A DNA stretch of 64,000 nt from Myxococcota bacterium (GTDB lineage Bacteria; Myxococcota_A; UBA9160; UBA4427). The translations under genes were made by a program, and so were the position numbers. The first letter of the stretch is position 1. Every line of letters begins with the position of its first letter. The notes beneath the pieces are model-generated. The model did no database searches. It saw nothing but the letters and a program-made list of their open reading frames with translations, and was not told the origin of the DNA. This document shows positions 27,410-37,452 of the stretch, in pieces. The stretch is from contig OZ252299.1 of the NCBI GenBank assembly GCA_965250285.1, positions 5,344,001 to 5,408,000 of the forward strand, given 5' to 3'.

Positions 27410-29296
27410 TCAGTGACTCGGAGTCGACTTGCGCGCCATCTCGATCCCGCGGCGCGCGGCCCGGTTGCGGGGATTGAGCGCGAGTGCCGCCTGGAACGCC
27501 TCGATGGCTTCGGCGCTGCGGCCGAGTCGAAGCAGCGCGCGTCCGCGCGCCACGTGCACCGGCGGCTTGTCGGGATGATCGCGCGCCGCGAGGTCGGCGA
27601 TCTGCAGCGCGAGACCGGGCTGGCCTGCGCGCACCAGCGCGTTTGCGAGGTAGATCCGGCTGCCCCGAATCGAATCGGGCGACTGGCCGCTTGCGACGCC
27701 GATCTCGATCGCCTTCAGGTAGTGGGGCAGGGCATCGGGGAAGCGCCCGACCTTCTCGAGGCGGCGGCCGAGGTTCCAACGCAGCGTCGAGTCTTCGGGG
27801 TCGACGGCCACGGCCGTCTCGAGCAGCGCGATCGCTTCGACGATCCGTCCCTGCTGGACGCGCATCTCGGCGAGGTTGTTGAGCGCACTCGTGTACTCGG
27901 GCGAGAGCTCGATCGCACGTTCGTAGTGCTGCGCCGCCTCCTCGGTGCGCCCATCTTGCTGCAGGAGCAGGCCGAGGTTGTAGTGGACCATCGGCGCCTC
28001 GTCGTTGTGTGCGAGCGATGAGCGCCAGAGCGTCTCGCTGTTCTCGAAGTCTCGGGCGTGATCGAACGTGAGTCCGCCGAGTACGACGAGCACGATCGTG
28101 CCGACGACGCGCCGCGGCCCTTCGCCGAGTCGAGAGAAGCCACCGCCGACGATCAGGGCGATGGGTCCGAGGCTGGCCAGGTACTGCCAGTGGTCGGCGA
28201 CGAACGAGAAGCGGAAGAAGTAGATCTCGAAGAAGCCGAGCACCGGCACCAGAGTGCCGCCGAAGAAGAGGGCGGCCGCGAGCGGGGCGCGGCCGATGCG
28301 CTCGCGCAGCAGCATGAACGCCGCGAGCACGCACATCGCCGCCAGGGGGTAGAGCCACTGTACGACCGACGCCGGGTCGATCTGCCAGCGCGGATACACG
28401 AAGACGAGCGGCCAGGGCACGAGCAGCTTCGCGAAGTAGAACCAGGCGGCGCGGCCTGCCAGCAGCCACATCTCGGTCGGCGAGGGCCGCCACTCGAAGC
28501 CCAGCACCTCGCCGACGTAGTCCTCCATCGCAGTGGTGAGCAGGCCGATCGGAATGGCGAGGAGCACGAAGGGCACGAGCGGGCGAACATCGGCCCAGGC
28601 GATGCGGCCCCGACGCCACCACACGACGACGAGCAGCGCCGCCGGAAGTGACGCCGTCGGGCTCTTGCTGAAGAGGGCGCAGACGAAGAGCAGGAGGCTC
28701 GCCGACCACGCGAGCCGTCGCTCGCGCCGCGACGGCGTGCGAAAGACGTCACAGGCCGATCGCAGGTATACGAACGCCGCCGCGAGATAGAAGAAGCCCG
28801 AGAGCACGTTCTTGCGCTCGGTCACCCAGGCGACGCTCTCGACGTGGACGGGATGCAGCGCGAAGACGGCCGCGGCCCACCAGGCGCTGGCGCCGAGCCC
28901 GAAGAGCAGCAGCAGACGCCAGACGATCAAGGCGCTCGCCGCGTGGAGCAGCACGTTGTCGACGTGGTAGAGCCGGGGTTCGAGCTCGACGGCGGCGTAC
29001 TCGAGCCACATCGACGTGTAGACGAGCGGGTAGTACTGCGTCGTGGCGCCGGGCTCGATCCAGAGTCGTCGCAGGCCTTCGAGGTCGCGCAGCGGCAGGT
29101 TGTCGATGACGTTCGCGTCGTCGTCCCAGACGAAGCCCGCGTCCCACACCGGTGCGTAGGCCAGGGCCGTCACGGCGATCAGCGCGAGGCCGGCGGCCCA
29201 GGCCGCGCGCCGTGGCGCCGAGGTCGATTCGACGTTCTCTTCGCGCGCGTCACTCACGGGCGCTGGGCTCTCCGATGTTCCACCCGGTTCGCGCAT
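27410..29296 (-). CDS. TMTC-like GT-C membrane protein with C-terminal TPRs
   Basis: FVWDD loop; FALHPVHVESVAWVTERK; ADHWQY; TPR repeats. Confidence 0.8.
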   Translation of the reverse strand: MREPGGTSESPAPVSDAREENVESTSAPRRAAWAAGLALIAVTALAYAPVWDAGFVWDDDANVIDNLPLRDLEGLRRLWIEPGATTQYYPLVYTSMWLEYAAVELEPRLYHVDNVLLHAASALIVWRLLLLFGLGASAWWAAAVFALHPVHVESVAWVTERKNVLSGFFYLAAAFVYLRSACDVFRTPSRRERRLAWSASLLLFVCALFSKSPTASLPAALLVVVWWRRGRIAWADVRPLVPFVLLAIPIGLLTTAMEDYVGEVLGFEWRPSPTEMWLLAGRAAWFYFAKLLVPWPLVFVYPRWQIDPASVVQWLYPLAAMCVLAAFMLLRERIGRAPLAAALFFGGTLVPVLGFFEIYFFRFSFVADHWQYLASLGPIALIVGGGFSRLGEGPRRVVGTIVLVVLGGLTFDHARDFENSETLWRSSLAHNDEAPMVHYNLGLLLQQDGRTEEAAQHYERAIELSPEYTSALNNLAEMRVQQGRIVEAIALLETAVAVDPEDSTLRWNLGRRLEKVGRFPDALPHYLKAIEIGVASGQSPDSIRGSRIYLANALVRAGQPGLALQIADLAARDHPDKPPVHVARGRALLRLGRSAEAIEAFQAALALNPRNRAARRGIEMARKSTPSH

Positions 29297-29456
29297 CGGC
29301 GCCGAGGTGGCCCGGGCGGGGCTGCGGATCGGAACGAATGGCGCACATCATAGTGGACGGGCGCCTCGCACCCAGGCGGTTCGATGTGCTTCCTTCGCGC
29401 GATGCGGCGGTGATAGACTGACCGATGACGCGCCCGGCGGATGAGGAGATCGTGCA

Positions 29457-30434
29457 TTGAGTTCACCCGAAGTGATTCGCTGGGAGACGCTCACGAAGCG
29501 GCAGTTCGACGAGATCGACCGTGAGCGCGCCGTGGTGCTGGTCACCTGCTCACCGCTCGAGGTGCACGGACCGCACCTGCCGCTCGGCACCGATGCGTTC
29601 GAGGGCGACGGGCTCGCCGAGCGCACGCTGCGATTCCTGCCCGAGCGGCATCAGGATCGCACCTACCTGAAGCTGCCGTTCATCTACGCCGCAGCCGACC
29701 CGGTGCCCCAGCCGGGCTCGATCGCGTTCAGGCCGTCGACGATCATGGCGATGCTCGAGGACCTCGGCCGCTCGCTCGCCGCTCAGGGTTTTCGGAACGT
29801 GTTCGTCTCGAACTTCCACGGCAGCCCGCGCCACTTTCTCGCGATCGAGACCGCCTGCGACCGGGTGCACAAGCAAACCGGGCTGCGCATGGTCTGCCTG
29901 TTCTCGCTGATGCTCTCGCGTCTCGACGTCAAGGGCAGTGAGCTCGGCGACGTGCTCGGCCACGTCGACGGGGTCGAGCCCGAAGACTTCGTCGGCGACA
30001 CACACGGCGGACTCGTCGAGACGAGCCATCTGCTTGCCTTGTGTCCGCAGTGGGTCGATCTCGAGTACAAATCGCTCCCGAAGCGCACCGTCGGCGACTG
30101 GGTGACCGAGCAGGGCCGAACCCGCGCGCCGAAGGACGGCGCGGGCCTCGCCGATCTGCCGAAGATCGTCGCCAACGCGAAGAACGGGCTTCACTACTTC
30201 GTCGACGAGACCTACGCGGGTGGGCCGGCCAAGGCGACGGCCGAGCTCGGCGAGCAGTTCCTCGACATCCTCGGCGAGAAGACGGCCGAGGCGGTCACCG
30301 ATCTGCTCGATGACCGACTGCCGAGAGAGAAGTGGAACTCGCCCTTCTGGGGCCTGCGCCACATCTTCGTCCACTCGGTGTCGGTCAAGTTCTTCGATCG
30401 CCTGCTCGACGCGCCGAAGCACGTGGGCGGCTGA
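29457..30434 (+). CDS. Creatininase family amidohydrolase
   Basis: EVHGPHLPLGTD; SNFHG; HGGLVETS. Confidence 0.8.
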   Translation: MSSPEVIRWETLTKRQFDEIDRERAVVLVTCSPLEVHGPHLPLGTDAFEGDGLAERTLRFLPERHQDRTYLKLPFIYAAADPVPQPGSIAFRPSTIMAMLEDLGRSLAAQGFRNVFVSNFHGSPRHFLAIETACDRVHKQTGLRMVCLFSLMLSRLDVKGSELGDVLGHVDGVEPEDFVGDTHGGLVETSHLLALCPQWVDLEYKSLPKRTVGDWVTEQGRTRAPKDGAGLADLPKIVANAKNGLHYFVDETYAGGPAKATAELGEQFLDILGEKTAEAVTDLLDDRLPREKWNSPFWGLRHIFVHSVSVKFFDRLLDAPKHVGG

Positions 30435-30449
30435 CTCGGCCCGGCGTGC

Positions 30450-31388
30450 TCAGCCGAGCTTCGGCTCGGGGATCTCGCCGAGATCGTCGGGTCGACGCAC
30501 GAGCCAGATCTTCTCGAAGAGCCACGGCGCCCCGCCCGTCATGAACAGGCCGACGATCGCGAGGTCGATCGCGACGACGATCGTGGTGCCCACGTCGCCG
30601 TCGGGTACGCCCACGCGGCGCATCCCGCCCGTGAGCGCGATCAGCATCGCGATGCCGAGTACGAGACGAAGGGCGAGCTGCCAACGGTCGCCGCGGCCCG
30701 TGAAGATGCGCGCGCGCGTCATCCAGAGGCCGCCGAGGCCGCTGCCGAGCGTGAAGCCCGCGACCCCGGTGATCAGGTGCGTGTGATCGTGGACGAGGGT
30801 GGCGTCGAAGAGGATCATCGAGAGCGCGATGAGGAAGAAGGCGCCGACGGCCGGGCGCAGCGGTGTGTCGCGCAAGAACCCGTCGATCGCTTCGGTCCAC
30901 GTGATGAAGGCCCAGGCCGTGAGCGCTCCGAGCCCCCAGCCCACGACGACGTCGGTCGGGTAGTGCACGCCGAGGTAGACGCGCGAGAAGCCCATCAGGA
31001 ACATCCAGACGACGGCGACGCACCAGAACCAGACCCGTCCGACTCGGTGTGCGACGAGCGACCAGTAGACCACGACGAGCTGCGCATGGCCGCTCGGCAT
31101 CGAGTAGCCGCGCTCGCCGGCGCTCACGATCCGGTCGTCGGCGAGATAGGGTCGCTCGAGGCCGATCCAATCCTTCAATACGGTGTTGATGAAAAGCGTC
31201 GCGGCCATGGCGAGCGCGATGCGGACACCGAGCCTCGCGTCGTAGCACCAGAGCACCAGGGGAACGAGCAGGAGGTAGCCGCTCGCGCCCAGCTGCGTGA
31301 AGGCCGAGAAGAACCGATCCGACGCAGGGGTGGCGTGCGCCTGCACGGCGAGGATGAAGTCGATGCCGGCGCTCAGGAGGGCGTCCAT
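30450..31388 (-). CDS. PAP2 family phosphatase (membrane)
   Basis: K...RP, PSGH, SRVYLGVHYPTDV. Confidence 0.9.
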   Translation of the reverse strand: MDALLSAGIDFILAVQAHATPASDRFFSAFTQLGASGYLLLVPLVLWCYDARLGVRIALAMAATLFINTVLKDWIGLERPYLADDRIVSAGERGYSMPSGHAQLVVVYWSLVAHRVGRVWFWCVAVVWMFLMGFSRVYLGVHYPTDVVVGWGLGALTAWAFITWTEAIDGFLRDTPLRPAVGAFFLIALSMILFDATLVHDHTHLITGVAGFTLGSGLGGLWMTRARIFTGRGDRWQLALRLVLGIAMLIALTGGMRRVGVPDGDVGTTIVVAIDLAIVGLFMTGGAPWLFEKIWLVRRPDDLGEIPEPKLG

Positions 31389-31524
31389 CGATGCCTCGAT
31401 TCGTCGAGTCGGTGTCGTGCGTTCATCCCGGCTACACAGGATGCGGCCCGGCCGGGTCGTGCGATCATAGCGGCACGTCACAGCGACTCATCGGACTCGC
31501 TGAGCAATCGCGTGGAGGATCGGA

Positions 31525-32451
31525 ATGAGCGTCGTGAAGCGCATCCTGACGATCGTGATCGTCGTGCTGGTGGTTCTGGTGCTGGCGGGCGCCGCCTCGT
31601 GGCCTTACCTCACGGCGCGCCAGGCGTTCCCCGAGCGATCGAGCTACGTGATCGATCTCGAGGCCCTCGAGCGCGTCGCGCGTGAAGGGGGCGGCTCTCT
31701 GCCCGTCGCGGTCCAGCACGAGCTCGTCGCGATCGCCGGCATGCCGAAGGCCGCGATCTTTGCGGGGGAGTCGTTCGACCCCCACGACATGGGCCACGGC
31801 GGCTACCGCATCGCTTGGGACGATGGTCGGTCGGTGCTCGTCGATACGGCCTTCAGCGCCGAGGCCATGGCCCAGTTTCCCGGCGAGGGCCGCTTCGACG
31901 AGCGCGCTTTCGAGAAGCTGCAGGAGACGATGCTCGAGGCCGACGCCGTCGTCCTCACGCACGAGCACTTCGATCACATCGCCGGGCTCGGTGAGGTCGA
32001 AGACGTCGAGGCGTTCGCCCCGCGCCTCGTGATGAATCCAGAGCAGCTCGCGAGCGACGAGGCGCAGCAGTTCATGTCGGACGAGTTGCGGGCCGCCGTC
32101 ACGCCCCGCGACTACGAAGAGACGATGCAGGTCGCCCCCGGCGTGGTCCTGCTCCGCGCTCCGGGCCATACCGAGGGCAGTCAGATCGTCTACGTGTTGC
32201 CCGAGGAGGGACCCGCGTTGCTGCTGATCGGTGATGTGGCGTGGCACCTCGATCAGATCCGCAACGAGCACTACCGCCCGCGTCTCGTGACCGACTTCAT
32301 GCTCGGTGAGGATCGCGACGCGGTGCTCAACCAGATGCGCGCGCTCAAGGATCTGCTCGGCAGCGAGCAGGTCGTCGTCGTGAGCTCGCACGATCTGGAT
32401 GACCGTCGCCGACTGATCGATGCCGGCATCATCGAAGACGGGATCCGCTGA
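31525..32451 (+). CDS. Membrane-anchored MBL-fold metallohydrolase
   Basis: THEHFDH; PGHTEG; GD; SH motifs. Confidence 0.85.
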   Translation: MSVVKRILTIVIVVLVVLVLAGAASWPYLTARQAFPERSSYVIDLEALERVAREGGGSLPVAVQHELVAIAGMPKAAIFAGESFDPHDMGHGGYRIAWDDGRSVLVDTAFSAEAMAQFPGEGRFDERAFEKLQETMLEADAVVLTHEHFDHIAGLGEVEDVEAFAPRLVMNPEQLASDEAQQFMSDELRAAVTPRDYEETMQVAPGVVLLRAPGHTEGSQIVYVLPEEGPALLLIGDVAWHLDQIRNEHYRPRLVTDFMLGEDRDAVLNQMRALKDLLGSEQVVVVSSHDLDDRRRLIDAGIIEDGIR

Positions 32452-32460
32452 GCACGGCGT

Positions 32461-33255
32461 CTAGGCGGGCGGCTTCGGCTCTGCGCCTCGCTCGCCGAGC
32501 CGCGTCATCGGTTTCCCGCCCGCGACCTGGGCGTGCATCTCGGGATAGTCGGGCCACACCTGTCCCAGCATCATGTCGAGCGAGTTGAGAAAGAAGCAGT
32601 AGTGCTTCTGGTAACGCGAGTGGTGCAGCGCGTGATACGTGATCGCGTGGCTCATCCAGCGTGAGACCGGGCTCGCCGACACCTCGGGCGGCACGATCTC
32701 GACGTTGATGTGCCCCATCGTGTTCGAGAACCAGAAGAAGAAGAGCCAGGCGAAGTAGGCCTCGGGGACGAAGGGCAGGGCAGCGGCCGTGAGCACGGGC
32801 CATAGCGCGAGCCCGACGAGCCACAGCGCCGACTCGACGGGCGACATCGAGAGCGCCGACCACGGCGTGTTGACCCGCGACCGATGATGCCAGTCGTGGA
32901 TCGGTGCCAGCGCGCGCGTGTGCATGCTGTAATGCAGCGCGTAGTAGTAGACGTCGAAGCTGATCATCGCGCCGAAGAACGTGAGCGCGGCAGCGCCCCA
33001 CGAGAACGGAGCCGCTTCGACGCGGCCGCTCGCGAAGACCAGTGTCATCCCGGCGGCGAAGACCAACACGAAGAGGCCGTTGCCGAGCAGCTCGCGGGCG
33101 ATCTGACCGTCGCGCAAGGGCACGTCGTAGATGCGCTTGCTGCGGTTCAGTAGCCACTCGACCCCGAGCCAGAAGCCGATCGAGGCGAGGTTCACGACCG
33201 TCGCGAATGCGAGAAAGAGACCGAAGAGGGCGGTGCCGTCGGTGGGCAGCGTCAT
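32461..33255 (-). CDS. Sterol desaturase / fatty acid hydroxylase family protein
   Basis: His boxes HYSMH, HDWHH, HALHH. Confidence 0.88.
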   Translation of the reverse strand: MTLPTDGTALFGLFLAFATVVNLASIGFWLGVEWLLNRSKRIYDVPLRDGQIARELLGNGLFVLVFAAGMTLVFASGRVEAAPFSWGAAALTFFGAMISFDVYYYALHYSMHTRALAPIHDWHHRSRVNTPWSALSMSPVESALWLVGLALWPVLTAAALPFVPEAYFAWLFFFWFSNTMGHINVEIVPPEVSASPVSRWMSHAITYHALHHSRYQKHYCFFLNSLDMMLGQVWPDYPEMHAQVAGGKPMTRLGERGAEPKPPA

Positions 33256-33323
33256 GTCGAGCACCTTATCCAAAGGCGGTCGCGCCCCGGTGCAGCACGC
33301 CGCTGCGCGATGCCCGCTGGGGG

Positions 33324-33767
33324 TCACAATCCCGTGTCGAAGCCGTTTTCGGGCTCGAGCGCCGTCACCTCGGGGCGCGCCATCACGCTCGCGCGCAGGG
33401 TGCCGCTCGGGTCGAAATACTCCCGCAACCAGACGAAGCGCCCGTCGCGGTCGACCTCGGCGACGCCGACGCCCGAGATCAGACGGCGCGTCTCCTGGCC
33501 GCGGCGCTCCCAGACCGCGACGAACTCGTGATGGAGCAGCCAGCCCGATACGCCGAGGCTCGCGGTCGACATGTAGACGGGGTCCCACGTCTTCCACGCC
33601 TGCTCGAGCGAGCGCCGCAGGTTGCTCTTGCCCTCGATCGCGTGCTCGGGCCCTTCGATGCGGGCCGCCTCGCACCAGAGGTCGAGGTACGCGTCGATGT
33701 CGCGGTCGATGAACGCGCGATCTCGGCGACCCAGCAGGGTCTTCGCGGTGTCGAGGCTGAGCGGCAC
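33324..33767 (-). CDS. NTF2/SnoaL-like family protein
   Basis: RDIDAYLDLW...DGRFVWLREYFD; GTG start estimated. Confidence 0.7.
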   Translation of the reverse strand: MPLSLDTAKTLLGRRDRAFIDRDIDAYLDLWCEAARIEGPEHAIEGKSNLRRSLEQAWKTWDPVYMSTASLGVSGWLLHHEFVAVWERRGQETRRLISGVGVAEVDRDGRFVWLREYFDPSGTLRASVMARPEVTALEPENGFDTGL

Positions 33768-33898
33768 GGGGGCTCCTCGCGGTCGATGGGCCGAGCATGG
33801 CACCGGTGGCCGATCGCGCAAGCGCACACGGGGCCCGGGCTGGCGGCTCGCGCCTCGAGTACCCTCGGGCGATGGGTGTCGTTCGGAGGACCAGAAGC

Positions 33899-34609
33899 AT
33901 GAGAAGGTTGAACGGGCGTGCCCGCGCGCTGACGCGGCTGCTGCTCATGCTCACTGCGCTCGTCTGTTTCGCGGCGCCCACGGCCTCGGCGGTTGGTGCC
34001 GGCAGTGGCAGCTCGGGCGGGGGCGGGCGAGCGACTTCACCCGGGCAGCGCGCGATCCACGAGTACGAGAACGGCGAGAAGCGACTCGAGCAGGCGAGCG
34101 AGCTGCGCCAGCGCGCTGTCGACGAGCGCGGTCAGGGCGACGAAAAGAAGGCGGCCAAGCTCGAGCGGAAGGCCCAGCAGAATCTCGCGCGCGCCGAGAA
34201 GCACTACCGCAAGGCCATCGAATACGACGAGAGCCTGCACCAGGCCTGGTCGTCGCTCGGCTACACGCTGCGACGGCAGGGCGAGTGGGACGAAGCGCTC
34301 GCCGCCTACGATCACGCGCTCGAGCTCGAGCCGCGCTACGCCGAGGCGGTCGAGTACCGGGCCGAGGCGTACCTCGAGCTCGGTCGGCTCGACGACGCGA
34401 AGCGGGGCTACGACCAGCTCGTGCCCTGGGTGCGTCCCTATGCCGATCGCCTCATGGCGAAGATGGAGAGCTGGGTCGAGGTGCAACGCACGGGTTCGAC
34501 CGGCGTCGCTCCTGCCGACGTCGACGCGTTCGTCGCCTGGATCGACGATCGAAAGGCACGCGACGGAGAAGGCGAGACATTCACACCGCGCGAACGAGCG
34601 AGCTGGTAA
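33899..34609 (+). CDS. Secreted TPR protein
   Basis: Signal peptide; AWSSLGYTLR...ALAAYDHALELEP...AVEYRAEAY. Confidence 0.8.
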   Translation: MRRLNGRARALTRLLLMLTALVCFAAPTASAVGAGSGSSGGGGRATSPGQRAIHEYENGEKRLEQASELRQRAVDERGQGDEKKAAKLERKAQQNLARAEKHYRKAIEYDESLHQAWSSLGYTLRRQGEWDEALAAYDHALELEPRYAEAVEYRAEAYLELGRLDDAKRGYDQLVPWVRPYADRLMAKMESWVEVQRTGSTGVAPADVDAFVAWIDDRKARDGEGETFTPRERASW

Positions 34610-34616
34610 CGCGCCG

Positions 34617-34898
34617 CTAGCGGTCGCTGTGCCCGAGGTCGCGGCCGGGCGCGACGACGTCGCGCACCCTCCGTTTGAGTTCCTTCGCTTCGGGGAACCC
34701 ACCTTCGGTGGCGCGCGACCAGACGCGCTGGTTGCCGACGTGGATGTCGAAGCGCCCCGACTCTTCGGATGGGACGAGCGCCACCTCGCCGAGCTCGTCT
34801 TCGAAGGTCTGCAGCAGCTCCTGCGCCATCCACGCTGCACGCAGCAACCACTTGCAGCGCGGACAGTACTCGATGGCGACGCGGGGCTTGTCGGACAT
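34617..34898 (-). CDS. SelT/SelW/SelH (Rdx) family protein, Cys form
   Basis: IEYCPRCKWLLRAAWMAQELLQTF...GGFPEAKELK...RDLGHSD. Confidence 0.92.
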   Translation of the reverse strand: MSDKPRVAIEYCPRCKWLLRAAWMAQELLQTFEDELGEVALVPSEESGRFDIHVGNQRVWSRATEGGFPEAKELKRRVRDVVAPGRDLGHSDR

Positions 34899-34905
34899 GG
34901 CGACC

Positions 34906-36081
34906 TCAGTCGAGCAGCGCGAGCGCCCGCGCGAGGTCGGCGCGCAGGTCGTCGACCCCTTCGATGCCGACCGAGAGCCGGACGAGGCCATCGAGGATGC
35001 CGACCTTCTCGCGCTCGCTCTTCGGGATGCTCGCGTGGGTCATGCTCGCCGGGTGATCGACGAGCGATTCGACGCCCCCGAGGCTCTCGGCGAGTGAGAA
35101 GAGCTGAAGCGCCGAGGCGAAACGCGACGTCGCCTCGAGGTCGGCGTCGAGCTCGAGCGTGACGATGCCCGAGCCGCCGCTCATCTGTCGCCGCGCAAGC
35201 GCGGCCTGTGGGTGCGATTCGAGCCACGGGTGCCGCACCCAGCGCACGCGCGGGTGACGTTCGAGGTCGCGCGCGATCTCGAGCGCGTTCTCGTGATGTC
35301 GCTCCATGCGCAGCGCGAGGGTCTTGGCGCCCCGCGCGACCAGCCAGGTGTCGAAGGGGGAGGGGTTCAGACCGACCGCCTTCTGCGCGAAGACCATCTT
35401 GTCGTTCCACTCGGCGTCGTTGGTGACGACGACGCCGCCCAGACAGTCGGAGTGGCCGTTCACGTACTTCGTCGTCGACGAGAGCGAGAGCGTCGCGCCG
35501 AGCTCGACCGGGCGCTGGAAGTAGGGCGAGGCGAAGGTGTTGTCGACGAGCACGGGCGCGTCGACGCGGCGCGCCGCGCGGCTGATCGCTTCGATGTCGA
35601 GGATCTTGAGCATCGGGTTCGTCGGCGACTCGAGCCAGACGAGCGCCGGACGCACGCGCTCGATCGTCTGCAGCGCGGCCTCGTCGGTGAAGTCGACGTA
35701 CTCGACGCTCACGCCGAACTTCTCGAACACCTTATCGAAGATGCGAAACGTGCATCCGTACACGTTCTCTTCGGCGAGCACGTGACTGCCATGGCCGAGG
35801 GTCGAGAGGACGGCGGTGATGGCGGCCATGCCGCTGCCGAACACGGTGGCGTGCGCGCCGCCCTCGAGCGAGGCGAGGGTCTCGCCGAGCCGCGTGAAGT
35901 TCGGGTTGCCCGAGCGGGTGTAGTCGTAGCCGCGGGTCACGCCGGGGCTCTCCTGCGCGAAGGTCGAGGTCGCGTAGATCGGCGGCATGACCGCGCCGGT
36001 GCCCGGATCGGGCTCGTTGCCCACGTGGATGGCGCGCGTCTCGAAGGAGGCGCTCTGAAAGGGGTCTCGGTCGTCGGGCAT
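34906..36081 (-). CDS. Cystathionine gamma-synthase/lyase (Cys/Met PLP enzyme)
   Basis: YTRSGNP; ESPTNP; DNTF; STTKYVNGHSD; AESLGGVESL. Confidence 0.93.
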   Translation of the reverse strand: MPDDRDPFQSASFETRAIHVGNEPDPGTGAVMPPIYATSTFAQESPGVTRGYDYTRSGNPNFTRLGETLASLEGGAHATVFGSGMAAITAVLSTLGHGSHVLAEENVYGCTFRIFDKVFEKFGVSVEYVDFTDEAALQTIERVRPALVWLESPTNPMLKILDIEAISRAARRVDAPVLVDNTFASPYFQRPVELGATLSLSSTTKYVNGHSDCLGGVVVTNDAEWNDKMVFAQKAVGLNPSPFDTWLVARGAKTLALRMERHHENALEIARDLERHPRVRWVRHPWLESHPQAALARRQMSGGSGIVTLELDADLEATSRFASALQLFSLAESLGGVESLVDHPASMTHASIPKSEREKVGILDGLVRLSVGIEGVDDLRADLARALALLD

Positions 36082-36234
36082 GGCGTCGGCTCGCTGGCGG
36101 CAGGGGGGCGGGGCGCGCAGTGTAGCGCCCGCCGTGCGAACGCTGCGGCCCGGGCGCCCCGTCTGGGCGTCTGGCAGGGGCGACGCGGGGGTGTGATGCT
36201 CGTGGGCCCACGCCCCTTCGCCGAGGAGTCGCCG

Positions 36235-37413
36235 ATGCCCGAGTGGTCGAACTGGTCGGGGCTCGTGCGTGCTGCGCCGTCGCGCATCGAGCACGCGACC
36301 GACGAAGCAAAGGTGCAGAACATCGTGCGCGAAGCCGCCGGTCGCGGCGAGTCGGTGCGGGTCGTCGGTGAGGCCCACAGCCACTCGGCCCTCGTGGCGC
36401 ACGACGGGGTGCTGCTCGACGTCGATGCGCTCGCGGGTGTGGTCGGTGTCGACGCGACGCAGCGCGTGGCGACGATCCGCGCGGGTACGCGCCTGCACGC
36501 GCTCGGCCGGCCCCTGCGCGACGCCGGCGTCGCGTTGCTCAATCAGGGCGACATCGATCGCCAGTCGCTCGCCGGTGCCCTCGCGACCGGCACGCATGGC
36601 ACCGGGCCGACGCTGCGCAACCTGTCGGCGGGCATCGAGGGGCTCCGCATCGTCCTGGCCGACGGCTCGGTCGTCGAATGCGACGCCGAGCACGAGCCCG
36701 ATCTCTTCGGCGCCGCGCGGGTCTCGCTCGGTGCCTTCGGCGTCGTGACCGAAGTGCGGCTGCGCGTGCGCGAGGCCTACCGGCTGAAGGAGCGGATGTG
36801 GGCCGAAGACGTCGACACCGTGCTCGATCAGATCGACGAGCTGGTACACGCGACGCGCCACTTCGAGTTCTTCTGGCAGCCGCACAAGCCCCGTGTCGCG
36901 TGCAAGGCGCTCGCCGAGACCGACGAGCCGGCCGAGTATCCGCTGGCCGCCGAAGGCGCCCGCCTCGCCTGGAGCGACGAGGTGCTCGCGAACCAGCGCG
37001 ACGACAAGCACACCGAGATGGAGTACTCGGTGCCCGCCGAGCACGGCGTCGCGTGCTTTCGCGCGCTGCGCGAGAAGATCGAAGCCGACTTCCCCGATCT
37101 CGCCTGGCCCGTCGAGTTCAGGACGTTGGCGGCCGACGACCTGTGGCTGAGCACCGCCTACGAGCGGCCGACCGTCACGCTCTCGGTGCATCAGGGCGCG
37201 GGTCTGCCCTACGAAGACGTCTTCGACGCCTGCGAGGCGATCTTCGTCGAGTTCGAAGGGCGGCCCCACTGGGGCAAGGCGCACGGGCTGCGCGGCGAGG
37301 CCCTGGCCGCGGTCCACCCGCGCTGGGCCGACTGGTGGCGCGTTCGCGACGCCTTCGATCCCGAGGGCCGGTTTCTGAACGACCACCTGCGTGCCCTGCG
37401 CGGCGACGCGTGA
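36235..37413 (+). CDS. FAD-linked oxidase, D-arabinono-1,4-lactone oxidase (ALO) family
   Basis: WSNWSG; GEAHSHS; ATGTHGTG; EMEYSVP; GRPHWGK. Confidence 0.9.
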   Translation: MPEWSNWSGLVRAAPSRIEHATDEAKVQNIVREAAGRGESVRVVGEAHSHSALVAHDGVLLDVDALAGVVGVDATQRVATIRAGTRLHALGRPLRDAGVALLNQGDIDRQSLAGALATGTHGTGPTLRNLSAGIEGLRIVLADGSVVECDAEHEPDLFGAARVSLGAFGVVTEVRLRVREAYRLKERMWAEDVDTVLDQIDELVHATRHFEFFWQPHKPRVACKALAETDEPAEYPLAAEGARLAWSDEVLANQRDDKHTEMEYSVPAEHGVACFRALREKIEADFPDLAWPVEFRTLAADDLWLSTAYERPTVTLSVHQGAGLPYEDVFDACEAIFVEFEGRPHWGKAHGLRGEALAAVHPRWADWWRVRDAFDPEGRFLNDHLRALRGDA

Positions 37414-37452
37414 CCGTGCCACGTACGTTCGTTCGAACCCTGGAGAACCCCG

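Noticed and set aside
34617..34898. Possible selenoprotein
   Set aside because: The motif is CxxC with no in-frame TGA.
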